DNA of 49,474 bases, filler included, from Heptranchias perlo (taxonomy: Eukaryota): the NCBI RefSeq assembly GCF_035084215.1. It is 3 parts of 3 records of this genome, joined end to end, with 100 filler letters (N's around TTAATTAATTAA, not from the genome) between each part and the next. Parts side by side here need not be neighbours in the genome. Positions count along the whole stretch, not along the records: positions 1 to 13,870 come from NC_090363.1; positions 13,971 to 29,959 come from NC_090332.1; 1 more part is not named here. The stretch is one strand, 5' to 3'. The notes below the pieces were generated by a model that saw only the letters and a list, made by a program, of their open reading frames with translations, was not told the DNA's origin and searched no databases. Made by a program: the position numbers and the translations under genes. Of the stretch, positions 10,700 through 22,097 are shown in pieces; position 1 is the stretch's first letter; every line of letters begins with the position of its first letter.

Positions 10700-11628
10700 C
10701 TCGAGGCTCCCAGCTCGTTCGAAGCTCAGCAACGCAGAGCGAGGCCTCTCCATTAGTGTCCTCGGACAATAAGGATGGGCAATAAGAGAAGGCCTCAGAC
10801 CCCCAAAAAAATGGTCACGTACAATGGCAATTGACAATGACCAAATCGTTTATTTTGCCAACGTGAAAAAGACTCGATGGGCAACTTCCCCCCCGCTTAA
10901 TTGGGGGTCGTAAACATAAGACTCTCACCAATAAATCCAATAGGGAATTTAGGAGAATTTCAATCAACATGATACAGTATTTGATGGACTGTCAAATTTT
11001 TTTTAACTCCGTGAGTGGTTAGAATGGGGAACTCGTTACTGCAGGGAGTGGTTGAGGTGAACAGCACAGAGACACATTTAAGGGGAAGTTAGATAAACAC
11101 ATGAGGGAGAAAGGAACAGAAGAATATGCTGATAGGGTGAGATGAAGTCGGGAGGGAGGAGGCTCATGTGGAGCATAAACACCGGCAGTTGGGCCGAATG
11201 GCCTGTTTCTGTGCTGTACGTTCTGTGTTCGATGTCAGAGACTGGAACTTTTTTCCAGCACTAATGTAACTAGTCACGATGTGCAGAAAAATTAATAAGA
11301 AAGATAAATGTTAAAGTTGGCCATTGTTTTGATTTATGCTGCATTGTGGGCTTGTACGTCCACACCCTGTCATGGCTTAAAATTCCCAAACGTGCACTGT
11401 GACTAATCTTGGAAATGTGGAGTTTTTTTTAAAGCACAGAAAGAGGCCATTCAGCCCCTCTCGCCTGTGCTGAACCTAAGCTCCTCTCGGGGCCTAATTC
11501 AAAAAAAAGGTCCCAAATTCCAGCTTCTTCCCCAAACTAATCCAAATCTCTTGGTTTTTCTTAACACTCCTGAGATTATTGGTTCCATTTCATACTCTGG
11601 TCTTCGAAGAATCACGGTGTAAATCGTT

Positions 11629-11634
11629 AATAAA
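11629..11634 (+). promoter_or_regulatory. Candidate polyadenylation signal for the BTN-like gene (alternative AATAAA at 10930-10935 inside a CR1 fragment)
   Basis: AATAAA followed by a T/GT-rich stretch downstream of the stop codon. Confidence 0.35.
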
Positions 11635-11736
11635 GTTTAAATGAATTTCCTGAGTTGGGAAATCACCTCTTGCATTCTGTTGTGCTCATTTAAACACAAT
11701 GCTAAGTTCAGTTTGCGGGTGAATTGTGGGGGGGGT

Positions 11737-12117
11737 GGGGGTTGCCAACCCTCCAGGATTGGCCTGGAGTCTCCAGGAATTGAAGATTAATCTCCAGGAC
11801 ACTGCTGGGAGCAAAAAAAAACCCCCCAGGAGACAAGGAATATCCCAGGGGGGGGGCATCTAAAAAAAAAATAATTTCTTTCAACACTTTATTAGTTGTT
11901 ATGACGTTGGGAATGGGGAAGAAAAAGGTGTTTGACTGACAGTCCAGAATCCTCCAATCAGGTAACAAAGAGTCTGTTTGCTTCCTGATTGGCTGTGGGA
12001 AGGCGGGGCATTGTGACGATGGACATGGCGGGTGACCAATGGGGGAACAGCATAGGGGCGGGGCAGTTGGAGGGAGGAAGTCATGTGATGAAGCCTCCAG
12101 GAAGAGTTGGCAACCCC
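11737..12117 (+). mobile_element. Non-autonomous hAT-like MITE (copy A)
   Basis: Terminal inverted repeats ggggttgccaac...gttggcaacccc (RGGGTTGCCA-type ends typical of hAT elements); no coding capacity. Confidence 0.7.
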
Positions 12118-12427
12118 GAAGTTTCTATCCCCCCCACCTCCTTTTGATGAAGACCCCCCCCCCCCGGGCCAGTGGTACTGGGATCCCTCCCACCCCAGGC
12201 CCTGGTCGTATTTCCATACCCGGGGTCCCAGTTACCTACAGGAGGCAGGCTTATCGTGTGCTAGGCCTCGGCCTGGGTGAAGGGAGAAAGAGGTGGCTGC
12301 TTCAAGACTTTTCCTTTCCCTAATTGGGGGGAGGGTCTTTAACAGTTGCACTCTTGATGGTGCTCAGGGAGGCACCGCCTTCAGTTTTCCCACAGGGCTC
12401 CTCCCCTCCACTGTCGCCGAAGGCCGT

Positions 12428-13684
12428 ATTCCTGGAGGCACCGCCCTGTCCCCACACTTCCGCCATTGGCTGCCCAACACGTCCATCCTCGCGGTGCCCT
12501 GCCCCCCAAAACCCCCGCCATTGGCTGCCCAACACGTCCATCCTCGCAGTGCCCTGCCCCCCAAAACCCCCGCCATTGGCTGCCCAACACGTCCATCCTC
12601 GCAGTGCCCTGCCCCCCCCAAAACCCCCGCCATTGGCTGCCCAACACGTCCATCCTCGCGGTGCCCTGCCCCCCCCCAAAACCCCCGCCATTGGCTGCCC
12701 AACACGTCCATCCTCGCGGTGCCCTACCCCCCCCCCCCAAAACCCCCACCATTGGCTGCCCAACACGTCCATCCTCGCAGTGCCCTGCCCCCCCCAAAAC
12801 CCCCACCATTGGCTGCCCAACACGTCCATCCTCGCAGTGCCCTGCCCCCCAAAACCCCCACCATTGGCTGCCCAACACGTCAATCCTCGCGGTGCCCTAC
12901 CCCCCCCCCCAAAACCCCCACCATTGGCTGCCCAACACGTCCACCCTCGCGGTGCCCTGCCCCCCAAAACCCCCGCCATTGGCTGCCCAACATGTCCATC
13001 CTCGCGGTGCCCTGCCCCCCCAAAACCCCCACCATTGGCTGCCCAACACGTCAATCCTCGCGGTGCCCTACCCCCCCCCAAAACCCCCGCCATTGGCTGC
13101 CCAACACGTCCACCCTCGCGGTGCCCTGCCCCCCAAAACCCCCGCCATTGGCTGCCCAACACGTCCACCCTCGCGGTGCCCTGCCCCCCCAAAACCCCCA
13201 CCATTGGCTGCCCAACACGTCCATCCTCGCGGTGCCCTGCCCCCCAAAACCCCCGCCATTGGCTGCCCAACACGTCCATCCTCGCAGTGCCCTGCCCCCC
13301 AAAACCCCCGCCATTGGCTGCCCAACATGTCAATCCTTACCAACCCCAACCCCCCCCCCCAACAAATTCGGCCATTGGTCCCCTGACACATCCACCCTCG
13401 CGGAGCCCACCCCCACCATTGGTCGGCCAATCAGAAAGCGAAAAGACTACTCGATCGAACGATTCCTGACTGTCAGTCAAACGGCACTTTTTCCTCCATC
13501 TCCAATATTTTTTATAATTAATAAACGTGCAAAGAAAATTTTAAAAATCACAAACCATTTTGTTTAAAGCCCCTGTGATTTTTTTTTTCTCCCCCCGGGT
13601 TTTTTTTTGCTCGCAGGAGTGTCCTGGAGATTAATCTTCAATTCCTGGAGACTCCAGGCCAATCCTGGAGGGTTGGCAACCCCC
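12428..13684 (-). mobile_element. Inverted MITE copy B with an internally amplified 55-60 bp minisatellite (about 16 units, about 12455-13340)
   Basis: 13599-13683 is the near-exact reverse complement of 11738-11822. The repeat unit matches an internal segment of copy A (about 12003-12045). Confidence 0.72.
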
Positions 13685-13870
13685 TACATGGATACCAGGC
13701 AGGACGGCCCAAGGGGTCCTGAGGCCAGTGGGGAATCCACGTCCGATGAACTCCGATGGGAAGCATTTCGCACGGAGCTTAACTTCAGCGACTTTGTGAA
13801 AACTGCACCCCTGTCATGGAAAAACAGTTTGGTGAACCAATCTTTGGGGCCAACCATGAGCCTCACTCTA

Positions 13871-13970
13871 NNNNNNNNNNNNNNNNNNNNNNNNNNNNNN
13901 NNNNNNNNNNNNNNTTAATTAATTAANNNNNNNNNNNNNNNNNNNNNNNNNNNNNNNNNNNNNNNNNNNN
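13871..13970. other. Artificial contig spacer N44-TTAATTAATTAA-N44
   Basis: Exactly 100 bp with a palindromic six-frame stop linker; identical to 29960-30059. Confidence 0.95.
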
Positions 13971-16900
13971 CTCTCTCTCTCTGTCTGTCTGCGTGTCTCT
14001 CTCTCTCTGTCTGTCTGCGTGTCTCTCTCTCTGTCTGTCTGCGTGTCTCTCTCTCTCTGTCTGTCTGCGTGTCTCTCTCTCTCTGTCTGTCTGCGTGTCT
14101 CTCTCTCTCTGTCTGTCTGCGTGTCTCTCTCTCTGTCTGTCTGCGTGTCTCTCTCTCTGTCTGTCTGCGTGTCTCTCTCTCTGTCTGTCTGCGTGTCTCT
14201 CTCTCTGTCTGTCTGCGTGTCTCTCTCTCTGTCTGTCTGCGTGTCTCTCTCTCTGTCTGTCTGCGTGTCTCTCTCTCTGTCTGTCTGCGTGTCTCTCTCT
14301 CTGTCTGTCTGCGTGTCTCTCTCTGTCTGTCTGTCTGCGTGTCTCTCTCTGTCTGTCTGTCTGCGTGTCTCTCTCTGTCTGTCTGTCTGCGTGTCTCTCT
14401 CTGNNNNNNNNNNNNNNNNNNNNNNNNNNNNNNNNNNNNNNNNNNNNNNNNNNNNNNNNNNNNNNNNNNNNNNNNNNNNNNNNNNNNNNNNNNNNNNNNN
14501 NNNNNNNNNNNNNNNNNNNNNNNNNNNNNNNNNNNNNNNNNNNNNNNNNNNNNNNNNNNNNNNNNNNNNNNNNNNNNNNNNNNNNNNNCTGCGTGCGTCT
14601 CTCTCTGTCTGCGTGCGTCTCTCTCTGTCTGCGTGCGTCTCTCTCTGTCTGCGTGCGTCTCTCTCTGTCTGCGTGCGTCTCTCTCTGTCTGCGTGCGTCT
14701 CTCTCTGTCTGCGTGCGTCTCTCTCTGTCTGCGTGCGTCTCTCTCTGTCTGCGTGCGTCTCTCTCTGTCTGCGTGCGTCTCTCTCTGTCTGCGTGCGTCT
14801 CTCTCTGTCTGCGTGCGTCTCTCTCTGTCTGCGTGCGTCTCTCTCTGTCTGCGTGCGTCTCTCTCTGTCTGCGTGCGTCTCTCTCTGTCTGCGTGCGTCT
14901 CTCTCTGTCTGCGTGCGTCTCTCTCTGTCTGCGTGCGTCTCTCTCTGTCTGCGTGCGTCTCTCTCTGTCTGCGTGCGTCTCTCTCTGTCTGCGTGCGTCT
15001 CTCTCTGTCTGCGTGCGTCTCTCTCTGTCTGCGTGCGTCTCTCTCTGTCTGCGTGCGTCTCTCTCTGTCTGCGTGCGTCTCTCTCTGTCTGCGTGCGTCT
15101 CTCTCTGTCTGCGTGCGTCTCTCTCTGTCTGCGTGCGTCTCTCTCTGTCTGCGTGCGTCTCTCTCTGTCTGCGTGCGTCTCTCTCTGTCTGCGTGCGTCT
15201 CTCTCTGTCTGCGTGCGTCTCTCTCTGTCTGCGTGCGTCTCTCTCTGTCTGCGTGCGTCTCTCTCTGTCTGCGTGCGTCTCTCTCTGTCTGCGTGCGTCT
15301 CTCTCTGTCTGCGTGCGTCTCTCTCTGTCTGCGTGCGTCTCTCTCTGTCTGCGTGCGTCTCTCTCTGTCTGCGTGCGTCTCTCTCTGTCTGCGTGCGTCT
15401 CTCTCTGTCTGCGTGCGTCTCTCTCTGTCTGCGTGCGTCTCTCTCTGTCTGCGTGCGTCTCTCTCTGTCTGCGTGCGTCTCTCTCTGTCTGCGTGCGTCT
15501 CTCTCTGTCTGCGTGCGTCTCTCTCTGTCTGCGTGCGTCTCTCTCTGTCTGTGTGCGTCTCTCTCTGTCTGTGTGCGTCTCTCTCTGTCTGTGTGCGTCT
15601 CTCTCTGTCTGTGTGCGTCTCTCTCTGTCTGTGTGCGTGTCTCTCTCTGTCTGTCTGCGTGTCTCTCTCTGTCTGTCTGCGTGTCTCTCTCTGTCTGTCT
15701 GCGTGTCTCTCTCTGTCTGTCTGCGTGTCTCTCTCTGTCTGTCTGCGTGTCTCTCTCTCTGTCTGTCTGCGTGTCTCTCTCTCTGTCTGTCTGCGTGTCT
15801 CTCTCTCTGTCTGTCTGCGTGTCTCTCTCTCTGTCTGTCTGCGTGTCTCTCTCTCTGTCTGTCTGCGTGCCTCCCTCTCTGTCTGTCTGCGTGCGTCCCT
15901 CTCTGTCTGTCTGCGTGCGTCCCTCTCTCTCTCTCTCTGTCTGTCTGCGTGCGTCTCTCTGTCTGTCTGCGTGCGTCTCTCTGTCTGTCTGTCTGTGTGT
16001 CTCTCTCTCTGTCTGTCTGTGTGTCTCCCTCTCTGTCTGTCTGCGTGCGTCTCTCTGTCTGTCTGTCTGTGTGTCTCCCTCTCTGTCTGTCTGCGTGCGT
16101 CCCTCTCTCTCTCTCTCTGTCTGTCTGTGTGTCTCTCTCTCTGTCTGTCTGTGTGTCTCTCTCTCTGTCTGTCTGCGTGCGTCTCTCTGTCTGTCTGCGT
16201 GCGTCTCTCTNNNNNNNNNNNNNNNNNNNNNNNNNNNNNNNNNNNNNNNNNNNNNNNNNNNNNNNNNNNNNNNNNNNNNNNNNNNNNNNNNNNNNNNNNN
16301 NNNNNNNNNNNNNNNNNNNNNNNNNNNNNNNNNNNNNNNNNNNNNNNNNNNNNNNNNNNNNNNNNNNNNNNNNNNNNNNNNNNNNNNNNNNNNNNNNNNN
16401 NNNNNNNNNNNNNNNNNNNNNNNNNNNNNNNNNNNNNNNNNNNNNNNNNNNNNNNNNNNNNNNNNNNNNNNNNNNNNNNNNNNNNNNNNNNNNNNNNNNN
16501 NNNNNNNNNNNNNNNNNNNNNNNNNNNNNNNNNNNNNNNNNNNNNNNNNNNNNNNNNNNNNNNNNNNNNNNNNNNNNNNNNNNNNNNNNNNNNNNNNNNN
16601 NNNNNNNNNNNNNNNNNNNNNNNNNNNNNNNNNNNNNNNNNNNNNNNNNNNNNNNNNNNNNNNNNNNNNNNNNNNNNNNNNNNNNNNNNNNNNTGTCTGT
16701 CTGCGTGCGTCCCTCTCTCTCTCTCTGTCTGTCTGCGTGCGTCTCTCTCTCTCTCTCTCTGTCTGTCTGCGTGCGTCTCTCTCTCTCTCTCTCTCTGTCT
16801 GTCTGCGTGCGTCTCTCTGTCTGTCTGCGTGCGTCTCTCTGTCTGTCTGCGTGCGTCTCTCTGTCTGTCTGCGTGCGTCTCTCTGTCTGTCTGCGTGCGT

Positions 16901-16981
16901 CTCTCTGTCTGTCTGCGTGCGTCTCTCTCTGTCTGTCTGCGTGCGTCCCTCTCTGTCTGTCTGCGTGCGTCCCTCTCTCTG

Positions 16982-17012
<31 letters not shown>

Positions 17013-17035
17013 GTGTCTGTGTGTGTCTCTCTCTC
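13971..17035. repeat. Compound CT/CTGT/GCGT microsatellite with internal gaps; perfect 20-bp unit ctctctgtctgcgtgcgtct over about 14589-15550
   Basis: Directly visible; it is the source of the spurious ~1000-aa ORFs. Confidence 0.97.
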
Positions 17036-17544
17036 CACATTTGAAAGCTATAATTATAGGAAACCGAATACTTGCATCACATAATAACGATTAATGTCTT
17101 TGTTTTTCTTGAAATGACTGAAATGAGATCTTTGAGACGTACTAAATTATCAATGACCGCTGTATATCTTCAGGATGGTTTTTTGTGACCTGCTGCCATT
17201 AATCAAGAAAGTCTAGACTTCAGGATGCTTTGGCTGCGGGTTAGTCAGTGCTTGAAGTGGATTTGGGTCATTGCAAAACGGTAAACAGACACACCAACAA
17301 ATAAATCACTGCAGACTCTCTCTTATTCCAGGAGGTAACTCCATCTCTAGTTTCCTCCTCATTGGATAGCTTGATCTGGGAGAAGAAATACATAATAGCT
17401 AATTTTTTAAAAACAATATGTTCTCTTGATGGCTCAGTTGGTAAACGTGTTGCCCACGTGGGTACTTAGCTGTATAGACCAGGAAGGACACGTGTTCAGT
17501 TACCGCTCTGTGCTGAAATGCCCCCCTTACATATTGTATGCAAG

Positions 17545-17935
17545 GTCCCAGTCGTGGCTCAGTGGGTAGCACTCTCTCGCCTCTGAGTCAGAAGGTTGTG
17601 GGTTCAAATCCCAGTGTAGTACTGAGGGAGTGCTGCACTGTTGGAGGTGCCGTCCTTCGGATGAGACGTTAAACCGAGCTCCAGTCTGCCCTCTCGGGTG
17701 GATGTGAGAGATCCCACAGCACTATTTGAAGACGAGTTCTCCCTGGTGTCCTGGCCAACTTTTATCCCTCAACCAACATCACTTTTAAAGAAAAAACATG
17801 ATGTGGTCATTATCAAATTGCTGTTTGTGGGAACTTGTCGTGTTTACATTTCAAAAGTCCTTCATTGGCGATAAAGCGCTTTGGGGCACCCTGAGGTCAT
17901 GAAAGGTGCTATATAAATGTAAATCTTTCTTTATA
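17545..17935 (+). mobile_element. tRNA-headed DeuSINE (SacSINE1-like)
   Basis: A-box tggctcagtggg, B-box ggttcaaatcc, Deu-like core gtactgagggagtgctgcactg...cggatgagacgttaaaccgag, L2-like tail. Confidence 0.8.
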
Positions 17936-18441
17936 TAAAGTGGTAGTGGGGTGACTATCCTGAAGCGGAGATCCATGACCAGCTCTCTCTCCCGTTTACC
18001 TTTCTTCTTGCCTTGCAAGTCCAGGTATCCACGATTTTCATGGGGAAAAGGGAGGGAATGGGCGCCGCCATTTCAGTTTTAATGGGAAGAGTAGTTGAGG
18101 CAAAAATTCTCGAGTCATTCCAGAAGCAGTTAGATGCCGTGATGGGGGAAACAATAGGGTGCTATGGTTAGATGGGCTGAATGGCTGTGCTTATCTTTGT
18201 GAAGGTAGTGGCAGCCCATACAACCGGGGAACATGTACACCTCCAATGGGGAGGGGGGGTCTCCCGAGCTCAGGCCACTTATATCAAACCGTGGCTGTGC
18301 AGTATCACAACCAATGGCCTTCCGTTAGTGTAAATCCGCTGAAATTGACCCATGTAACTTTCACAGCTGAATGTCAAGAGTAGAGTTTTTTTTAATTGTC
18401 TTTCTGGTTTGCTGAGTAAACAGTCCTTGTTTGCTTTCCAG

Positions 18442-18574
18442 TCACACTTAAGAAAACAAGATGCGGGGCTGAAAACTCATCTGCAACACTTGGACCGACA
18501 AATCAGCGAGCTCAAGCTGGACGTCAACAAGGCTTCCACAGACCAGCTGGAGAGTGACAGCAGACCGAGTTCAG
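18442..18574 (+). CDS. DACT2: Dapper homolog 2, exon 2 (leucine-zipper region)
   Basis: ctttccag acceptor, g|gtgatg donor. [45 protein letters not shown]. Confidence 0.93.
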
Positions 18575-18654
18575 GTGATGTATGACTTGTGTCATGGAAG
18601 CGAATGTGTTGGGGCCGTCCAGGACTTTGGAGCCTGCCCTGTTTTATACAGTGG

Positions 18655-18752
18655 TAAACAATTTTACAACACCAAGTTATAGTCCAGCAATTTTATTTTA
18701 AATTCACAAGCTTTCGGAGGCTTCCTCCTTCGTCAGGTGAACGATGTGAAAA
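18655..18752 (-). mobile_element. Penelope-derived mini-insert flanked by a 10-bp direct repeat (tatacagtgg)
   Basis: Reverse complement matches the Penelope terminus at about 43003-43085. Direct repeats at 18645-18654 and 18753-18762. Confidence 0.75.
18703..18741 (-). ncRNA. Minimal type I hammerhead ribozyme motif (Penelope-type)
   Basis: Minus strand UUCAC-CUGACGA-A-GGAGG-aag-CCUCC-GAAA-GC-UU-GUGAA: intact core, perfect 5-bp stems I and II, minimal palindromic stem III. Confidence 0.75.
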
Positions 18753-19059
18753 TATACAGTGGGACAGATTACAGAGAGCCAGCGGTAACTGGGAAAATAA
18801 CTATGCACACTCCCAGGAACGGGGGTAGGCCATTCAGCCCCTCGAGCCTGTTCCGCCATTCAAATTAGATCATGGCTGATCTGTATCTTAACTCCATCTA
18901 CCTGACTTGGTTCCATAACCTTTAATACCCTTGCCTCACAAAAATCTATCATGATTTTGACTTTCATTTTCTAGTCCGAAGCCTTCCCTTATCTTAGGAC
19001 GAGGCATGTACAGACCAGCGATGCACAAACCAGGTTGCTGTCGTGTACACATTATTTTA

Positions 19060-19440
19060 ATATTCATCCTCAGGATGTGGGCGTCGCTGGCAAGGTTGGC
19101 ATTTATTGCCCACCTAGTTGCCCTTGAGAAGGTGGTGGTGAGCCGTCTCCTTCAACCGCTGCAGTCCGTGTGGTGAAGGTTCTCCCACAGTGCTGTTAGG
19201 TAGGGAGTTCCAGGATTTTGACCCAGCGACGATGAAGGAACGGCCGATATATGTTCAAGTCGGGATAGTGTTCCCATCTAGATGGTGGAGGTTACGGGTT
19301 TGGGAGGTGCTGCCGAAAAAGCCTTGGCAAGTTGTCGCAGTGCATCCTGTGGACGGTACGCACTGCAGGAACAGTGTGCCGGTGGTGGAGGGAGTGGATG
19401 TTTAAGGTGGTGGATGGGCTGCCGATCAAGCGGGCTCTCT
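19060..19440 (-). mobile_element. CR1/L2-group LINE 3' fragment
   Basis: Reverse complement of the family seen at 4310-4832. Confidence 0.8.
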
Positions 19441-19544
19441 CTGGTGGGCTGAGAGCCATGGGTCTGAATAAATAGCTGCACATGGCATCCAACAGCGGCC
19501 ATTTATGTACTGCCACCCTCCTTCACCCTCTGACTATGTAGTGA

Positions 19545-19905
19545 AAAATGATGAAGGGGTTTGATCGGGTAGACGCAGAGAAGATGTTTCCACTTGTGGG
19601 GAGTCCAAAACCAGGGGCGATAAATACAAGATAATCGCTAATAATTCCAACAAGAAATTCAGGGGAAACTTCTTTACCCTGAGAGTGGTTGGAATGTGGA
19701 ACTTGATATCACACGGTGTAGTGGAGGCGAATAGCAAAGATGCATTTAAGGGGCAGCTAGATGAGTACCTCGGGGAGAAAGGAATCGAAGGATTTGGTGA
19801 TAGGATGAGATGAAGTAAGATAGGGAGAGGCTCGTGTGGAGCATAAACACCAGCACAGACCTGTTGGACCGAATGGCCTGTTTCTGTGCTGTAAATTCTA
19901 TGTGA
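19545..19905 (+). mobile_element. CR1 LINE 3' end
   Basis: MMKGFDRVDAEKMFPLVGESKTRG...FFTLRVVGMWN and the CR1 3' hairpin. Confidence 0.8.
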
Positions 19906-21689
19906 CCTCCTCATTCTGTAGTGAATGGAATTGGATTTGAACATAAATGGAAGATAAACCACTCCTTGTACAAGATCGCTGTCCCCGTACTTTATTCCTG
20001 TCACATCCTGTTTCAGCGACCATGCTCCAGGACTAGACTCCCTCTGTTGAATACATAACGCAACAGCATGATGTAAGCCTGGAAACTACACAGTGCAATC
20101 TAATTGTATGAATCCTTCAATGCATTTGTATCAGGTTCCTTGTCCCACTGTGCTCGTACAATAGTATCTCCCAGCCTAGTCTATAAGCTCCGGTTTCGAA
20201 CGGTACGCTCAGGTGTGTGTCTCCCTGGCCGCCTGTGGGCACGAGTGAGAGCTCGTTTATATTATTCACACCAGTCAGTGCCATTGCTGCAAATGCAGCC
20301 TAAGAGCTATTTCTATTTTAAGGTTGCTGTGATGCTTAAAAACACCGTTAAGTCCCTTGCACTTCAGGCAAAGAGGCTCAGACACGCAGAATAATCCTAA
20401 TGCTCTCACCCTCCAGGCAGGCAGATTCCAACAAGACTCACTGAAGCAGCAGAACAGCCAGCCGTTCTTTTTTTGTTAGCAGAGCTAACGTACGACACAG
20501 GCGTTGTCGTGTGCACAAGATTTATAGCAACAGTCAGTGCCTTTTACTTGGAGGGTCACATCTCGTGTTTAACAAGCCAGTTTAAGCCTATACTCAATTG
20601 GGGTCATTTTGTGAGACAGCGTTCCCGACATGTGTGGTATTGTCCATCGAAGCCCATCCCTCTCGTACATTAACTCTCCTCATGGCTTCTAATTGTACTT
20701 TGATTAACCCCCAATGTTAGTGCATCTATTGTATCTTCTACCTTGCGTGGCCAATCATTCCAATCACCATCATTCTTCAAGGAGATCGTTTTTCTCCCCC
20801 GACATCTGTTCTGAATTTACTTTTCGCTCGTTTTCCTTTATGTGCTTCTGGTCCCACTTTCTTGGCTGACTCTGAAAGGAAGTAATATTCAGGGTTTATG
20901 TTATCTCTGCCATTTATATACTTCAGTGAGGTCGCTCCCTTTAATAGGTTTCCAAGGCTGCAAAGTTTAAGCTTCTCCAATCCTTCTTCAGTTCACCCCC
21001 TTTATCCATGGGATCCGTCTTGCCTGCAGTCTTCCTAATGTAAGTTTATGTAACGAGGTGACGACCAAACTGGGCAAAGTCCCCTCGGCCTGGTCTGACC
21101 AATTGCATCGTAAAGCCTCAGCATAACTTCTGTACACTTGCATTCTATGGATCAGGCTGTTCCCCTGAATTATATTAGCACCACGTTGTCTGGAAATTGA
21201 AAATGATCTTTCCTTTTTCTTGGGTCCCTTCCAAATTCTCTTGGTGATGATTCAATTCCATAAATTGTTCGACCAACGTGTAATGCTGAGGGAGTGAGAT
21301 GAAGTAAAATGGGAGGAGGCTCGTGTGGAGCGTAAACATGGGCCGAGTGGCCTGTTTCTGTGCTGTAAATTCTGTGTAATACTTTGAATTTCTCGGTCTT
21401 GAATCTTTCTGTCCAATAGCAAAACCGATCCAAATTCTTTTGCAAATCTCTTACTGCATCTTCTGGACGTTACTGCACTCTCTACTTGTCGCTTCCAGTT
21501 CGGTGTCAGTGAGAAACAGATGCTGCTCGGACTTGCATTTTAATGACCAGCAGTAAGGATACGGTAGCCTGGTGGTTATGGTAGCGGATTATTTACCCAG
21601 AGGTTGTGCATTCAAATCCCGGCATGGGATGCTCCTGAATAAATAGGGTAATTTACGGGCTGGTGAAAGAGAGTCCTATAGGGTAGGTA

Positions 21690-21995
21690 ATCAATGGAGA
21701 GTGTTCCACTCAGAGTGTGGCATTTTAATCACTCCTGCTCTCCATCCTATCACAGACCTCTCTCCCTTTTGTTCTTTCCCTCCCTGCCCCCGCCCCCACC
21801 ACATTTTTCCCTGGCTTTGTATTTGCTTAAATACTGTTCATCTCTAACGTCTTCCAGTTCTGATGAAAAGGTCATCGACCTGAAACGTTATCTCTCTCTC
21901 TCTCTCTCTCCCCCCACAGACTCTGCCTGACCCGCTGAGTGTTTCCAGCATTTTCTGTTTTTAATCTCCGATGCCCGGTAATCTGCGGTATTTCG
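21690..21995 (+). mobile_element. Penelope-like element terminal fragment with a degenerate hammerhead motif
   Basis: cagttctgatgaaaaggtcatcgacctgaaacgtta followed by the pLTR-like tail also seen at 26580-26685 and 28880-29020. Confidence 0.6.
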
Positions 21996-22097
21996 CTTTC
22001 TGTGACGTTGTAACCGCGGAGGCCCCGAGATGCTTATTAATCTATTCGGTGCGTCTAATGCGGGCTGTCTAAATCTGACTCTGTTTCCGGTCTGCAG

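Noticed and set aside
10121-10837. 238-aa antisense ORF over the B30.2 exon (and the antisense ORFs over DACT2 exon 4)
   Set aside because: Expected shadow ORFs of GC3-rich coding sequence.
12293-13567. Pro-rich and Gly-rich ORFs of 300-420 aa
   Set aside because: Products of the C-rich minisatellite, open in many frames on both strands.
13915-13926. TTAATTAATTAA as a biological homeodomain or palindromic site
   Set aside because: Centred in N-runs and repeated identically at 30004-30015; a synthetic linker.
13915-17094. Five ~1000-aa ORFs
   Set aside because: Translations of a compound microsatellite and N-gaps; no coding signal.
17550-17615. tRNA gene (also about 21560-21630)
   Set aside because: The A/B boxes belong to SINE heads; no complete cloverleaf or acceptor stem.
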